Positions 11,280-22,800 of a stretch of 64,000 nucleotides of DNA are shown piece after piece; the first letter of the stretch is position 1, and every line of letters begins with the position of its first letter. The notes below the pieces were generated by a model. The model was not told the DNA's origin, searched no databases, and was given only the letters and a program-made list of their open reading frames with translations. This stretch comes from Adineta vaga. Its lineage: Eukaryota; Animalia; Rotifera. The stretch lies in NCBI GenBank assembly GCA_021613535.1, contig CP075494.1, forward strand, positions 14,384,001 to 14,448,000, in the 5' to 3' direction. The position numbers and the translations under genes are program-made.

Positions 11280-12899
11280 CTATTGTTCACTTTTAATTGC
11301 TGGAACAGCAATACTTTGTAAATTTGATCGAATATTATGATTTTGAAAGATTCCATCAGCAATTTGTTGAAATATAGCTATTACTTCTGTTTGATGTGAA
11401 TTAATATAAGTAATTCGTTTATGTTCGGGTATCATCAATAAAATCTTCGTCATAAACCATAGTAAACGCCAATTATGCAGTGAAATCTGTTTATACTTGC
11501 GCATACATTGACCTACATACGCTTGTGCCATCACTATCGAATCACCTTCAGCTAAACAATTTGCATAACAACTCGCATGACTTTCTGCCATACGAGTATG
11601 TGCTAATAATGATTCAGCACCATATAATTCACGACATTTAGCAACAATTGAACGACATGATGGTGGTATATAAGCTTTCACTAAAAGAATTTCATCAATG
11701 TTTTTCTCTAGTATTTCTTCAATATTTGTAGCAGTCGTTGATAAATCGAGTTGAAAACGTTTGATAAGTCGACGAAAATAATAATCCATTTCACAAACTT
11801 GTTGTACCATAGTTTCTATATGATCAGTAATATAAGAGAATTGACATCGTTTACTATTATAAACTTTTGTTATAACAAGTTGAAGCATTGATCTAGCACA
11901 TACAAGTGCAGTTGCTGATAAACATAGTCGACCTACCAATAATCGATTAGATAATTTAAAGAATAATTTTGGATAATTATCTGCAACTTGAAGATTGCCC
12001 GTTGTGTTATCTAATGAACAATATCGATTGAGTAGATTTTCAGGTGCTGTACTGAAATCAGTGAATGTAAGAGTACCAAAGCAATTGGAACGAAAATCAG
12101 AACGTGTAGGACATTGTTCAATTGATACACCAGGTAAAATTAAACCATTGTTTCGAATTTGTACTACTATAGCTACGACATGAGGTGTAAGAAATAATTT
12201 ACCTATACTAGTAGCTATAGCGACTTGTTTTTTACTCTTGATATCAGTAGCTTGAGCCCATTTTGCAAATACAACTGCATATTCAATTTCACTATTGCCC
12301 GCATATGAAATCCAACGTTTTTTAGCATCATCATTTGGTGTATGAATAATAATTTTCTTTGTTTCTTGATTGTAATACGCGATTGTGTCACATAGTAAAC
12401 CAGATAATACTCCAGCACTCTTTTCTGTTAATGCAAAACATCCTAATTTCTTCAATTCTCGAGCATCTTGTACTAAGGCTGCATGAGTTTCCGTACCCAA
12501 TGCTGATATAGAACCCGTAAATAAATTAAATTGAACAGTAAACCAATTAACTACATCATTACTATTTGTATAAGCTAAACGTTCATGCAGTATTATTAAA
12601 TTGTAAGGATCTAATGATATTAATGCTTTTTGAGAGTGTAATATAGCCACCACTCTACGTAACTGTTGAAGTACTATAGTAGGATCACTAGGATATACAT
12701 AACCACCATCATTATTGTCCGATTCTTGTGGTTTAGTATAGTAATCAATAGGTAAAAGAGAAGTATAACTATCAGATTGATCAATTGAGCAGGTATATAG
12801 ACGTTTTGATCGATAACGTCGAAGTAGAGTAGTAATCACGAAATAAAGAATGAATGGTAATATGAAAAAAGTAAAAAATTGTGTGGAATAATTGATCAT
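11280..12899 (-). CDS. Acyl-CoA oxidase/dehydrogenase-family flavoprotein with an N-terminal membrane anchor; intronless
   Basis: VQFNLF.GSI.ALGT, LGCFALTE..AGV.SG, IIHTPND.AKK.WIS, AVVFA, RLLVGRLC, CRELYGA, AEGDSIVM motifs. First in-frame ATG at 12899, followed by a hydrophobic segment. Confidence 0.8.
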   Translation of the reverse strand: MINYSTQFFTFFILPFILYFVITTLLRRYRSKRLYTCSIDQSDSYTSLLPIDYYTKPQESDNNDGGYVYPSDPTIVLQQLRRVVAILHSQKALISLDPYNLIILHERLAYTNSNDVVNWFTVQFNLFTGSISALGTETHAALVQDARELKKLGCFALTEKSAGVLSGLLCDTIAYYNQETKKIIIHTPNDDAKKRWISYAGNSEIEYAVVFAKWAQATDIKSKKQVAIATSIGKLFLTPHVVAIVVQIRNNGLILPGVSIEQCPTRSDFRSNCFGTLTFTDFSTAPENLLNRYCSLDNTTGNLQVADNYPKLFFKLSNRLLVGRLCLSATALVCARSMLQLVITKVYNSKRCQFSYITDHIETMVQQVCEMDYYFRRLIKRFQLDLSTTATNIEEILEKNIDEILLVKAYIPPSCRSIVAKCRELYGAESLLAHTRMAESHASCYANCLAEGDSIVMAQAYVGQCMRKYKQISLHNWRLLWFMTKILLMIPEHKRITYINSHQTEVIAIFQQIADGIFQNHNIRSNLQSIAVPAIKSEQ

Positions 12900-13545
12900 G
12901 ACGAATACAAAAATACCAAACAACGAATAATTGATATCTAAAAAACATAACAAGATATCTATTCAATAGACGAAACAGTGATTTGTTCATATTTATAAAA
13001 CGATTCAGTCATTAATAATCAAATTCTTTTCAAATCGAAACTTTATAACTAATAGTTTATCATTGTACCGCTTCAAGTTTTACTCAAATTGTAGATATTA
13101 TAATTACAAAGAAGGAACACGCTTTGAATTCATAACAAATGCTAGAACAATTAAATGTCATATTGTTTGTAGGTAAGTTGAGGACTGACGATGAAATGAA
13201 ATCAAATTGATACTGTTTATCCAATAGCAATTTTTTCATATTTATGTGTTACTCTCAAAAGATGTCATCTTATTCAACACAGAAACTTGTAAGCGAACGT
13301 TTTTATACAGTGAATAGCAGTTATGCGTGTAACAATGCAACGATATAAACAGATACTATTTATGAACATTCATAATGATCTACATCAAATAAGTTTATTT
13401 TAGATTGAGTATACTTCTATTCATGAATATAACTATTCGTGTGACTAATTTTCGATGTTTTTAAGTGCTTCTATTATGATGTATTCATTTTTCTTTTCTA
13501 CAAAGCAATGAAGATAAAACCTATTTAACAAAAACAAATTGCTTC

Positions 13546-16500
13546 TCAGTCAAGATCTTCTGTTGACGCTTCGCAAGTCACTTTCACATGAGTAATCAGT
13601 TTTTTTAAATGACGCAGTTGTACATCAACTTTTTCTTCGTGACTAATATCTGGTTGATAATCTTTAGTCGCATGTTCAAATATATCACTTGCATAAGCCA
13701 AAGCTTCACGTCGTCTTAAAGTTATTATTTCTTCATGTGATAATTCAACTAAGAAAACAAACATGCATTATTATGTACAGAGAGTGGAATACTTACGATG
13801 AAATGGTTTCACATTATAATCTTTTACGTGAAATATATTTAATGGTGGAGGTAATGAAGACAGCATTGAATATTCTTTGATAACATGATAACTAATATTA
13901 TCTCAATTTATGAGAAGATTTTATTTCGAATAAATTTACATACCGAGAAAATTTCCATAATGTGTCCATTTTGACAAACATTCGATTGAATGTATTTCTA
14001 GAAAAATAGCTCGCTGATTCATTTGTCTAATCTTTTAAACAAATTTTTCTTACGAAAACATGGCGACAAGTAAATTAACGAGTAAAATGTTAACAATCGC
14101 CATATAAAAAGCAAGTAGGGTATATGCAGTCCAACCAGTCAATTCAAAATTATCTAAAAATATATCGTAAAGATAACTTATGCACAGTTGTGTGTTACAC
14201 TACCTTTTACATCATCAAGATCGTTAATCTGACCAAAGACATGCCTATGTAGAATTCAAACAAAACAGTAAGCATGTAAAAATTTATCATCTAGACAAAA
14301 AATAATACCAATAAGCTTGATGAAATATCTTTCGAAATATTGTTAAATCTAAAGATAATTGTCTACTTTTTAATAATGCAAATGAAGCAACACCATATGC
14401 CGATGTAAAAACGAAGAATATCGAGAAAAATGTAAACATATCCGTCAGCTAAAAATACATCGACACAATGTTTTTTCAGTTCTTCAATTCCCTCAAAATA
14501 TCGTTAATTAAAATATATCTAACTAACTGTAAATGAGAGATATCATGTTAACACACACCAATCCTACCATTGCTTGAATCATTAGAAGCATCGGTCCAAC
14601 TGTTCGATCAAACATTAATAAGATTAATAATCGAATAAACCAAAAGACAACATCAAGAGCAAGAAAAGCTCTATTATTGAATAAAATAATGACTTTTATT
14701 ATTTAAAATGAAAAGAAACAAACCTTGCAGCATTTAAACTAAATTTTGTATTAAAACATTCTAAAACAATTGAAATCACATAGAAACAAATACAAAGAAC
14801 ATCAAGTTTATTCCATGATTCTCTAAGGTAAATCATCAATGTTTGTCGAATTCCATTTTCTTCTGTTTTCAATGCTTTCGCCTATATAAAACAAAAGATT
14901 TAAACCAGAATTTCTCCACTATTTGTCTTACTTGTCGAAATTCTTCCATAGCAAACATAAAAATCCAAATATTGATAAGAATTTGAAGATTTGATGATGA
15001 TTGTCTTTGTAAATAAGTTTTATTTTCTGTTACATGTTCTAAATTTTCATTGATTTGAAGTAATGGTATTTTAATAAACAATATTAAATATGAAAGAAGT
15101 AATAGAAAGATCAAATAGGATAAAAAATGCATTTGATATTTAATTCGTGGACGTGATAGATGATTTTTAATTGTTAGGAAATATTTCAACAAATTTTTAT
15201 AATTTTTCGTTCTAAAATAAAATAATTCATCCTTTCAATTCAAACGATATTTTATTCATACTCAATCGAATTTGTAGCTTGTCCAAATGATGATGTAGTA
15301 CCTGGTAATATTCGATCAAAAGATTTTACTTTAGGATTCAATTCACCAGACCAAACAAGATCAAATACTTCTTGTACACATGTATGTCCAACAAAATTGT
15401 CACTATGTGACATAACTAAACATCAATTCTTAGTATTACAAAAAAACAAACAAAGAATCTTGAAACTTACTAGCAATATCAAGTGAAGAGAATCGATTAA
15501 AATCAAAATTTTCTCGTTTAATAGCTAATCTTGCCATATATGGATTCGATGTATACAGAGAATGAACTAAACGTATTGCTAAATTTTCATATTCACTGAA
15601 AATATCTCAACGAATTACAAAAAAAAGATCTAATTAAATATAACTTACTCAGCATGATCTCGAAGTTTTTGTATCGTAACACTTTCAGTTGAACTTCGTT
15701 TAACACATAGATCAGCAGTTTGACGATAGACAAGTGCAGCAACAAGAGCACCACATAATCGATCCTGTGAATAAAAACTTAATACAAAGAAAAAAACACT
15801 ATTCGAATTCATTTATTTACATCGAGACGTTTCCAAAAATGTAAAGATAAATTATAATGATCAAAAAATATTGCCCATAAAAATAATTTAACATTAATCG
15901 ATTGAATTTCATCTTCTGTATGTTCATTTGTTTCATCTGTCTAAAAATTTAAATAAACTATTCGATATTTTCTATTCATCTCATTCTACATACCGATCGA
16001 TGTATTTCATTGAGTTCACAACCAAAATCTTGTCGAATATATTCAAGAAATAACGCATGATTATAATTCTATTTATAAAGAATCAAATAAAACTGATTTA
16101 AGAAAGTTTCTTTTGTCAAACCATTTTCGAACTTAATTCATAATCGAAATTCTCTCCGAGATTATCCGATGTTACGCCACACACATCTTCTAAAACATGT
16201 AAAAATTCGACTTGATCTCGTAGAATTGCCATTTTAGCTAATTGAATGATATCCTTCGAAAAACAAAAGAATACTTTTGTTTTTAGTTGAATAGAGAATG
16301 GATTACTTCTTCTGGTAAATCTTGATTAACACGTAAGATTTTGTTGGCAAATTTCGGTTGATTCAAATCAAAAGCTAATGATAAATATAATTTTGATGAT
16401 GATAAACGTTGAGTTTGATTTTCTTGAAATAGAAAATAAAATGCCAATGCGAAGAATCGATGAGAAAATACTTACCGGAGACTAAAGTTTCGAGGAAATA

Positions 16501-17769
16501 TAAAGAAAGATCATCATCTTCATCACAAACACGAATTTTTTTACATCGTGTTAATGATAAATAACTAATTAATGTAATTAAAGTATCGGGTATATCACTA
16601 GAGAGTAATTGTTCTACAAGTACTTTTAATTCTCGACGAAATCTTGATGTTAATGATCTTTAAAAGTATTTCAATCAATCTATAGTAATCCTATGAAATC
16701 ATTCACTTACTTTCCATTGAAATCATTACTATGAATTTTATCGCATATCCAAGCAAGAACATCTGCTAATCCACCGGATCCCTAAATAAGAATACATGTT
16801 ATTAAAACTAGGATGACATCTTTTACATACTCGGAGAATGACTAAACCGAACTTTTTCTCATCGTTTTCCATATTTATTAATCGATGAATTGGTTCAATA
16901 TGATACACATCACCACCATATAACAATACCACTTTGGGTACATTTACTATCAATGAAAAATATTCATATCGATCTAAATCATCGACAGAACTTACATTTT
17001 TCATCTGTTTTATCAATACATCGCTGTAGTATAGTCCATCGATCGATAGAATCTTCTTTTGTTTTCCCATATAAAATCAAATGTGATAATCGTTTATTTA
17101 GAATTCGATGAGATTGAATACACTCATCTGATATTGCATTAACGATTGATCGATAATCATGTGGTGCATATTTTAACTAAAATCCAAGTGAAAACTTTCT
17201 TTTTCGAATCAAATTACACTTACCGGTAGCGATGCACAAATATCGATACCGATATTAACAAATCTTGATAATGGTATATCATTAGCTAAATATTGTTCTT
17301 TCGTTATTTGAATAATACGATTAGCAATAGAATCCTAAATACATAGATTAATTAATGAAATCCAACTCGAAGAGAACTCTTATACATGTCGAACATAACT
17401 AAACAACCATGGAGTACCGTTCTGATCGCTTAATTTATTTCGTCCTATATCTAAAAGTAATTTTGCTACTGATGTTGAAAATTGTTTTTCATTAAAATCA
17501 TTGAATCGTTCACTAGTTGTACTCAATCCACCTTCTAATGTAATGATTAGTTTTGGTGATGGTAAATGAAATGTTTTATCTTGAAAAATAGTTTCGATTG
17601 CTTGATTAATATCATTTTCATGATTAAAATAGGCTAACTAAAATCGAAAACAACATAATAATCAATATAAATCCTGTCTACAATGAAATCAAACTTGGGC
17701 GGATCTTTTTTCACCAGATAGAAGTGACACACGAGAAAATTTTACATTTGTGCTGAATTCAGTCGACAT
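13546..17769 (-). CDS. TRPM-like cation channel, multi-exon (about 20 short introns)
   Basis: Exons read LPSPKLIITLEGG (SLOG/MHR1), LFLWAIFF, CGALVAALVY, FVGHTCVQEVFDLVWSG, PRIKYQMHFLSYLIFL, WNKLDV, VGPMLLMIQAM, pore region AYWHVFGQ, NILLVNLLVAMF and TRP-box-like LPPPLNI. Exact exon boundaries not all verified. Confidence 0.85.
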
Positions 17770-17997
17770 GATAATGAGGAAAGATGTGCACGTATAGTAA
17801 CTATGTGATTATATTCTTCGTTATACTTCACTGCGTGTCATCATTGGACGGTAATAGATATCAGTCTATTAAAAAACGTGACAAAAAAAGTGTGCAAATG
17901 AATAACGAAACGAATATCTTTCTAGAAGCTTTAGTTTTTTTTATTACTGCTTCGACATAGAGATTATGATATGATGTTTCGGAGCAAGGAGTACCGA

Positions 17998-18069
17998 TCC
18001 GGTGTGGTCTAGTGGTTAGGATTGGACGCTCTCACCGTCTAGGCCCGGGTTCGATCCCCGGCACCGGAA
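17998..18069 (+). tRNA. tRNA-Glu (anticodon CTC)
   Basis: Acceptor stem TCCGGTG/CACCGGA, D-loop TAGTGGTTA, anticodon arm GGACG-CT-CTC-AC-CGTCT, T-loop GGTTCGATCC; no encoded CCA. Confidence 0.96.
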
Positions 18070-18071
18070 CA

Positions 18072-18081
18072 TTTTTTTTTT
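18072..18081 (+). terminator. RNA polymerase III oligo-T terminator of tRNA-Glu
   Basis: Run of T residues directly after the tRNA 3' end. Confidence 0.8.
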
Positions 18082-18359
18082 CGACTTTGTTTTTCGTACA
18101 TTACTCTGAGATTCCTTTGAAATTTTCATGAAATTTTTTTCGTAAAAAGAAGTTATTCATTAGTGATTGAACTAGTAAACTTCAAAAAAAAAATGTCACT
18201 TTCAAAAACAAAAAAGATGTCGCTTTCACTCAAATGCTTATTGATTGGTCTTCGTGTGTACTCAAGAGGAAAGAAGAGAAGAAAAAAAAAACTACTCGTT
18301 CGTTGTCGTTGGTTCATTCAGTTATTTTGTTATTGAAAAAAAAATCATCAAACAAAACA

Positions 18360-19319
18360 ATGAGCTCAAACGATGATCCAACAACTCTTTCTCCTCAAAT
18401 GGGACTTATCTCATCACCTCATATTAATCCACAATATCCAAATTTGACAGATCTTGATGATATAGATGATGATGACGAAGGTATTGACGATGAATGTCTT
18501 GATTCCATGGATGATATTCAACAAATTCTTCAAACATTTGGAACCACTGATTCGTCAACATTAACAATTGATTATTTCGATTCACGTCGTTATGAAATCA
18601 TGTATGAAATCATGAATGTTGAAAAACAATTTGAAAAATTAAAAAATATTCTCTACGATGAAAGTGTTTCGTTAATTGATCAAAAACTTCAATCGATTCA
18701 AAATGAAGAAGCACCGGAATATCAAGATGAATTAAAAAAACTTTACGATGATATGCAATTACGTTTAGAAATTGCTAAACAACGTCGTCAAATTGAATTA
18801 GAATCTTTAGAAAATTCTTATCAAGCAGAACTATTAAGTTTACAACAAACATTAGAGAATGATAAGTTTCTTTTACATCATCAAATGCATGAAGATATTG
18901 AAAAGAAAATTGAAGAATTAGAAACATTGAAAAGCAAAACACAATTGTGTTCGAATATTTTACAAGAAATGTTTCCACATAATCATCAACAATTGATTTC
19001 ACCAAATAAGAAACGTTTTGAATCACCGGAATCTTTAAAAGAAAATAAAAAACAACGAAAAATGAATTTTTTCAATGGAACAAGTAAAACAATTGACAAA
19101 GATAATTTGGCGATTTTTTATCAACTATCCGATATTGATATTATTGAAGATTGGGCAGTCATTCAGTCATCATTAAATGAAAGTGGTGGTGGTGGTGGTG
19201 GTGGTGATGATGATGATGACGATGAAGAAGACGACGATGATGATGATGATGATGTGTCTAGTCAATTACATATTAACTGTCATAAACAAGAATATGATTA
19301 TGATGAAAATCGTGTTTGA
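18360..19319 (+). CDS. Sds3-like / BRMS1-like Sin3-HDAC complex subunit; intronless
   Basis: Coiled coil RR......VEKQF..LK..LYDE....ID.KL..I....APEY...L..L, plus C-terminal IFYQLSD.DIIEDW..I. Likely start MSSNDD at 18360. GGT/GAT repeat tail encodes poly-G/poly-D. Confidence 0.8.
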   Translation: MSSNDDPTTLSPQMGLISSPHINPQYPNLTDLDDIDDDDEGIDDECLDSMDDIQQILQTFGTTDSSTLTIDYFDSRRYEIMYEIMNVEKQFEKLKNILYDESVSLIDQKLQSIQNEEAPEYQDELKKLYDDMQLRLEIAKQRRQIELESLENSYQAELLSLQQTLENDKFLLHHQMHEDIEKKIEELETLKSKTQLCSNILQEMFPHNHQQLISPNKKRFESPESLKENKKQRKMNFFNGTSKTIDKDNLAIFYQLSDIDIIEDWAVIQSSLNESGGGGGGGDDDDDDEEDDDDDDDDVSSQLHINCHKQEYDYDENRV

Positions 19320-19821
19320 CACTGATCGCGTTCTTTTTCTTTCCTTTTCTCATGTGAAGAAATGAAAGCAATATTCATTTGTTTGTTTGTTTGTTTATAG
19401 TGTAAACAAATATATATATATATATATATCTTTGTCAGTCCAATAGGATTTGAAAAAAATAAAATATGTTTATTGCAATTTTCAAATGCTGCTATGCTTT
19501 CTTTTGCTTTAGATTAGAACGCTTTCGGTTCTTTATATGTATGAGATCTCATGCACGCATGTTACACAGGGTTTGTTCTTTCCTTATCAGTTTCGAGTAC
19601 AGTAAATAAAAGAGATGATAGTAGATGTTTTCCTTTGAAAGTGAAAAATATGGGGAGAGGGAAGAAACGTCATGTATGATTCATCATTATGAGAAAGATG
19701 CATGAGATGAGGAAAAGAGTAAAAAGAAACGTTTGATTTATACTCTACTTTTCTTCGATATTGTTTAGAATTCAGTTCTTTTCACTTGCTTCTAGATAGA
19801 TTAATTTCCTTTTACGTTTTC

Positions 19822-22800
19822 ATGGCTTCTAATGATGACGAGAAAATTTCTCCTTCAAAAGCAGTACAAAAACGAAATCAACAAACATCAAAAGTCAAAT
19901 TTGATCTCGGCGCATGTCAACAGACGGATGTTGCTAATGAATCAGTCGATGAAGTCGATGGATTTCTCCAATCTTCCACTCTTTCCGAAAATCCTTCACT
20001 ATCATCTATTGATTCCACAAGCAATGGCAGTGTGTCCTCACTTACACCAAGAATATTGCCAAAAAATGATCCTAAAGCAACTAAACGACGTTATTCTAGG
20101 TGAGATTTAGCTTTCAATTGATACCATCCAATGAAAGTTAATATTATTTAGAAAAATGTCTGGACTGAATGTGGCATCAGTCGGATTACGAATGACAAAT
20201 GTCACCACACCAAAAGAACTTTGTGATTTATTAGGTGGATCACGTGTGATAAATAAAGTAAATTATGTTTATATGGATACAGGACTGTTCATCTGCCTTT
20301 TCCCCTAAAGATTCTCATTGCAAATAATGGAATTGCTGCCGTAAAATGTATGCGTTCGATACGTCGTTGGTCATACGAAATGTTTCGACAAGAAAATGCA
20401 ATTAAATTTGTTGCAATGGTTACACCTGAAGATATGAAAGCGAATGCTGGTTAGATTAAATTATAAATCTAAGAATCAAAAGAAGTTTTTTCTCTCTAGA
20501 ATATATTCGATATGCTGATCATTATGTTAATGTTCAAGGTGGTCCATCACATATGAATTATTCTAATTGTGAGCTTATTCTTGATATTGCCAAACGATTT
20601 CCTGTTGAAGGTTTGATTTGTCTTGCTTTTTTTTTTGTCTAAATTAATTTAAACTTTTTCATAGCTGTTTGGGCTGGATGGGGTCATGCATCAGAAAATC
20701 CAAAATTACCAGAATTACTTCATCGTCATGGAATTATCTTTATTGGTAGAGAATTCAATCGCTTGAAAGAATATGTTTACTATTTGTTTTATGTATATAA
20801 ATAGGTCCACCTGAACAAGCTATGTGGGCATTGGGAGATAAAATAGCTTCAACAATCATTGCTCAAAGTGCTGATGTTCCAACATTACCATGGAGTGGTT
20901 CTCGTAATCATAATAAAAATTTCTTTTTCCTTTCCTTTAGAAAGTTTTCAATCTGAATTCTAGATCTTAGACTCGAATGGAATGAAAATGATCGAGAAAA
21001 TGCCAATGTTCCTATGAATATGTACGATCGAGCATGTGTCACTGATGCGAAAGAAGGTGTTGAAGTAAGATAAGTTTCAATGAGAAAGAGAGATTGAGCT
21101 CTATTTCAAATGATTAGATTGCTACTCGAATTGGTTTTCCTGTGATGATTAAAGCATCCGAAGGTGGCGGTGGAAAAGGAATACGTAAAGCAACAAGTCG
21201 TGATGATTTTGAAAATTATTTTCGTCAAGTTCAAACCGAAGTTCCTGGTTCTCCTATATTTCTTATGAAATATGCTGATAGTTGTCGACATTTGGAAGTT
21301 CAAATTCTTGCTGATCAAAGTGGTCAAGCTATTTCCTTATTCGGTCGTGATTGTTCAATTCAACGACGACATCAAAAAATCATTGAAGAAGCACCGGCAA
21401 TTATTGCGCCACGAGAAATTCTCGAACAAATGGAAAAGGCAGCTGTACGTTTAGCTAAAATGGTTAGCTATGTGAGGTTTGTTTTGCTTTGTAGATTTTT
21501 CTTTTCAAAACTAAACGAAAATGTTATCTAGTGCTGGAACAATTGAATATTTATATAATCCAAGTGATCAAACATTCTTTTTTCTTGAATTAAATCCTCG
21601 GTTACAAGTAGAACATCCTTGTACAGAAATGATAACTGATGTTAATCTACCTGCATGTCAATTACAAGTATGTAGTTGTATTAATACGACGATTTGAATA
21701 ATTTCATTTGCGTTTAGGTGGCAATGGGAATATGTTTACATCGTATCAAAGATATTCGTCTATTGTATGAAGAGGATCCATTCGGAATTGGACCGTTAGA
21801 TTTTGATAGTCCACGTACAAAACCTCAAGCACATGGACATGCAATTGCAGCACGTATAACAAGTGAAAATCCAAATGAAGTAAATTTTTTTATCAAAGAT
21901 TTGAACGTTGTGATATTTGTTTTTGTCCTATAGGGTTTTAAACCGAGTTCAGGAACGGTTGAAGAATTAAATTTTCGTAGTCGACAAAATGTCTGGGGAT
22001 ATTTCAGTATATCATCAGCTGGTGGTCTACATGAATATGCCGATTCACAATTTGGACATATCTTTTCACATGGAGAGACACGAGAAGATGCTCGAGAGTT
22101 TGTTTTTCTAAATTCCGAATTTTCTTCTTTTGATTTAGTTTTTTTTCTAGAAATTTAGTTGTAGCATTAAAAGAATTATCTATTCGTGGAGATTTCCATT
22201 CCACTGGTAAAATGTTGTTGGGTTTTATTTAGAAATACTCATTTATCTGTATATATTTAGTGGAAATTTTAATTCAATTACTTGAAACGGAAGTTTATAT
22301 AGACAATACAATAAAAACAAGTTGGCTCGATGAATTAATTGCTGAACATTTTCAAACTGAAAAACCTAATGTCATGTTATCAATTGTTTGTGCTGCAATA
22401 CATATTGCTGATGACACATTCAAAATTAATTTCCAAAACTTTCAATCATCACTTGAACGGTATGATTTATTTACTTATTCAAACTTGATTTAAACATCTC
22501 ATTGTCTAGTGGTCAAATATTACCGATGAGTGCTCTTTCCGTTTCTCATCATGTTGAACTTATAAATGAATATATCAAATATAAATTACAGGTAATAAAT
22601 CTTCTTATTTGTTTATTAGTCATGATCTATTATTTAGGTGACACAATGTGGTCCGACTCGATTTTTTGTTGTAATGAATAATTCATATGTTGAATTAGAA
22701 GCACATCGGATGAAAGATGGTGGAATATTAATTAATTTAGATGGTTCAAGTTATTTAACATTTATGAAAGAAGAAGTTGATAGTTATAGAATTGTTGTTA

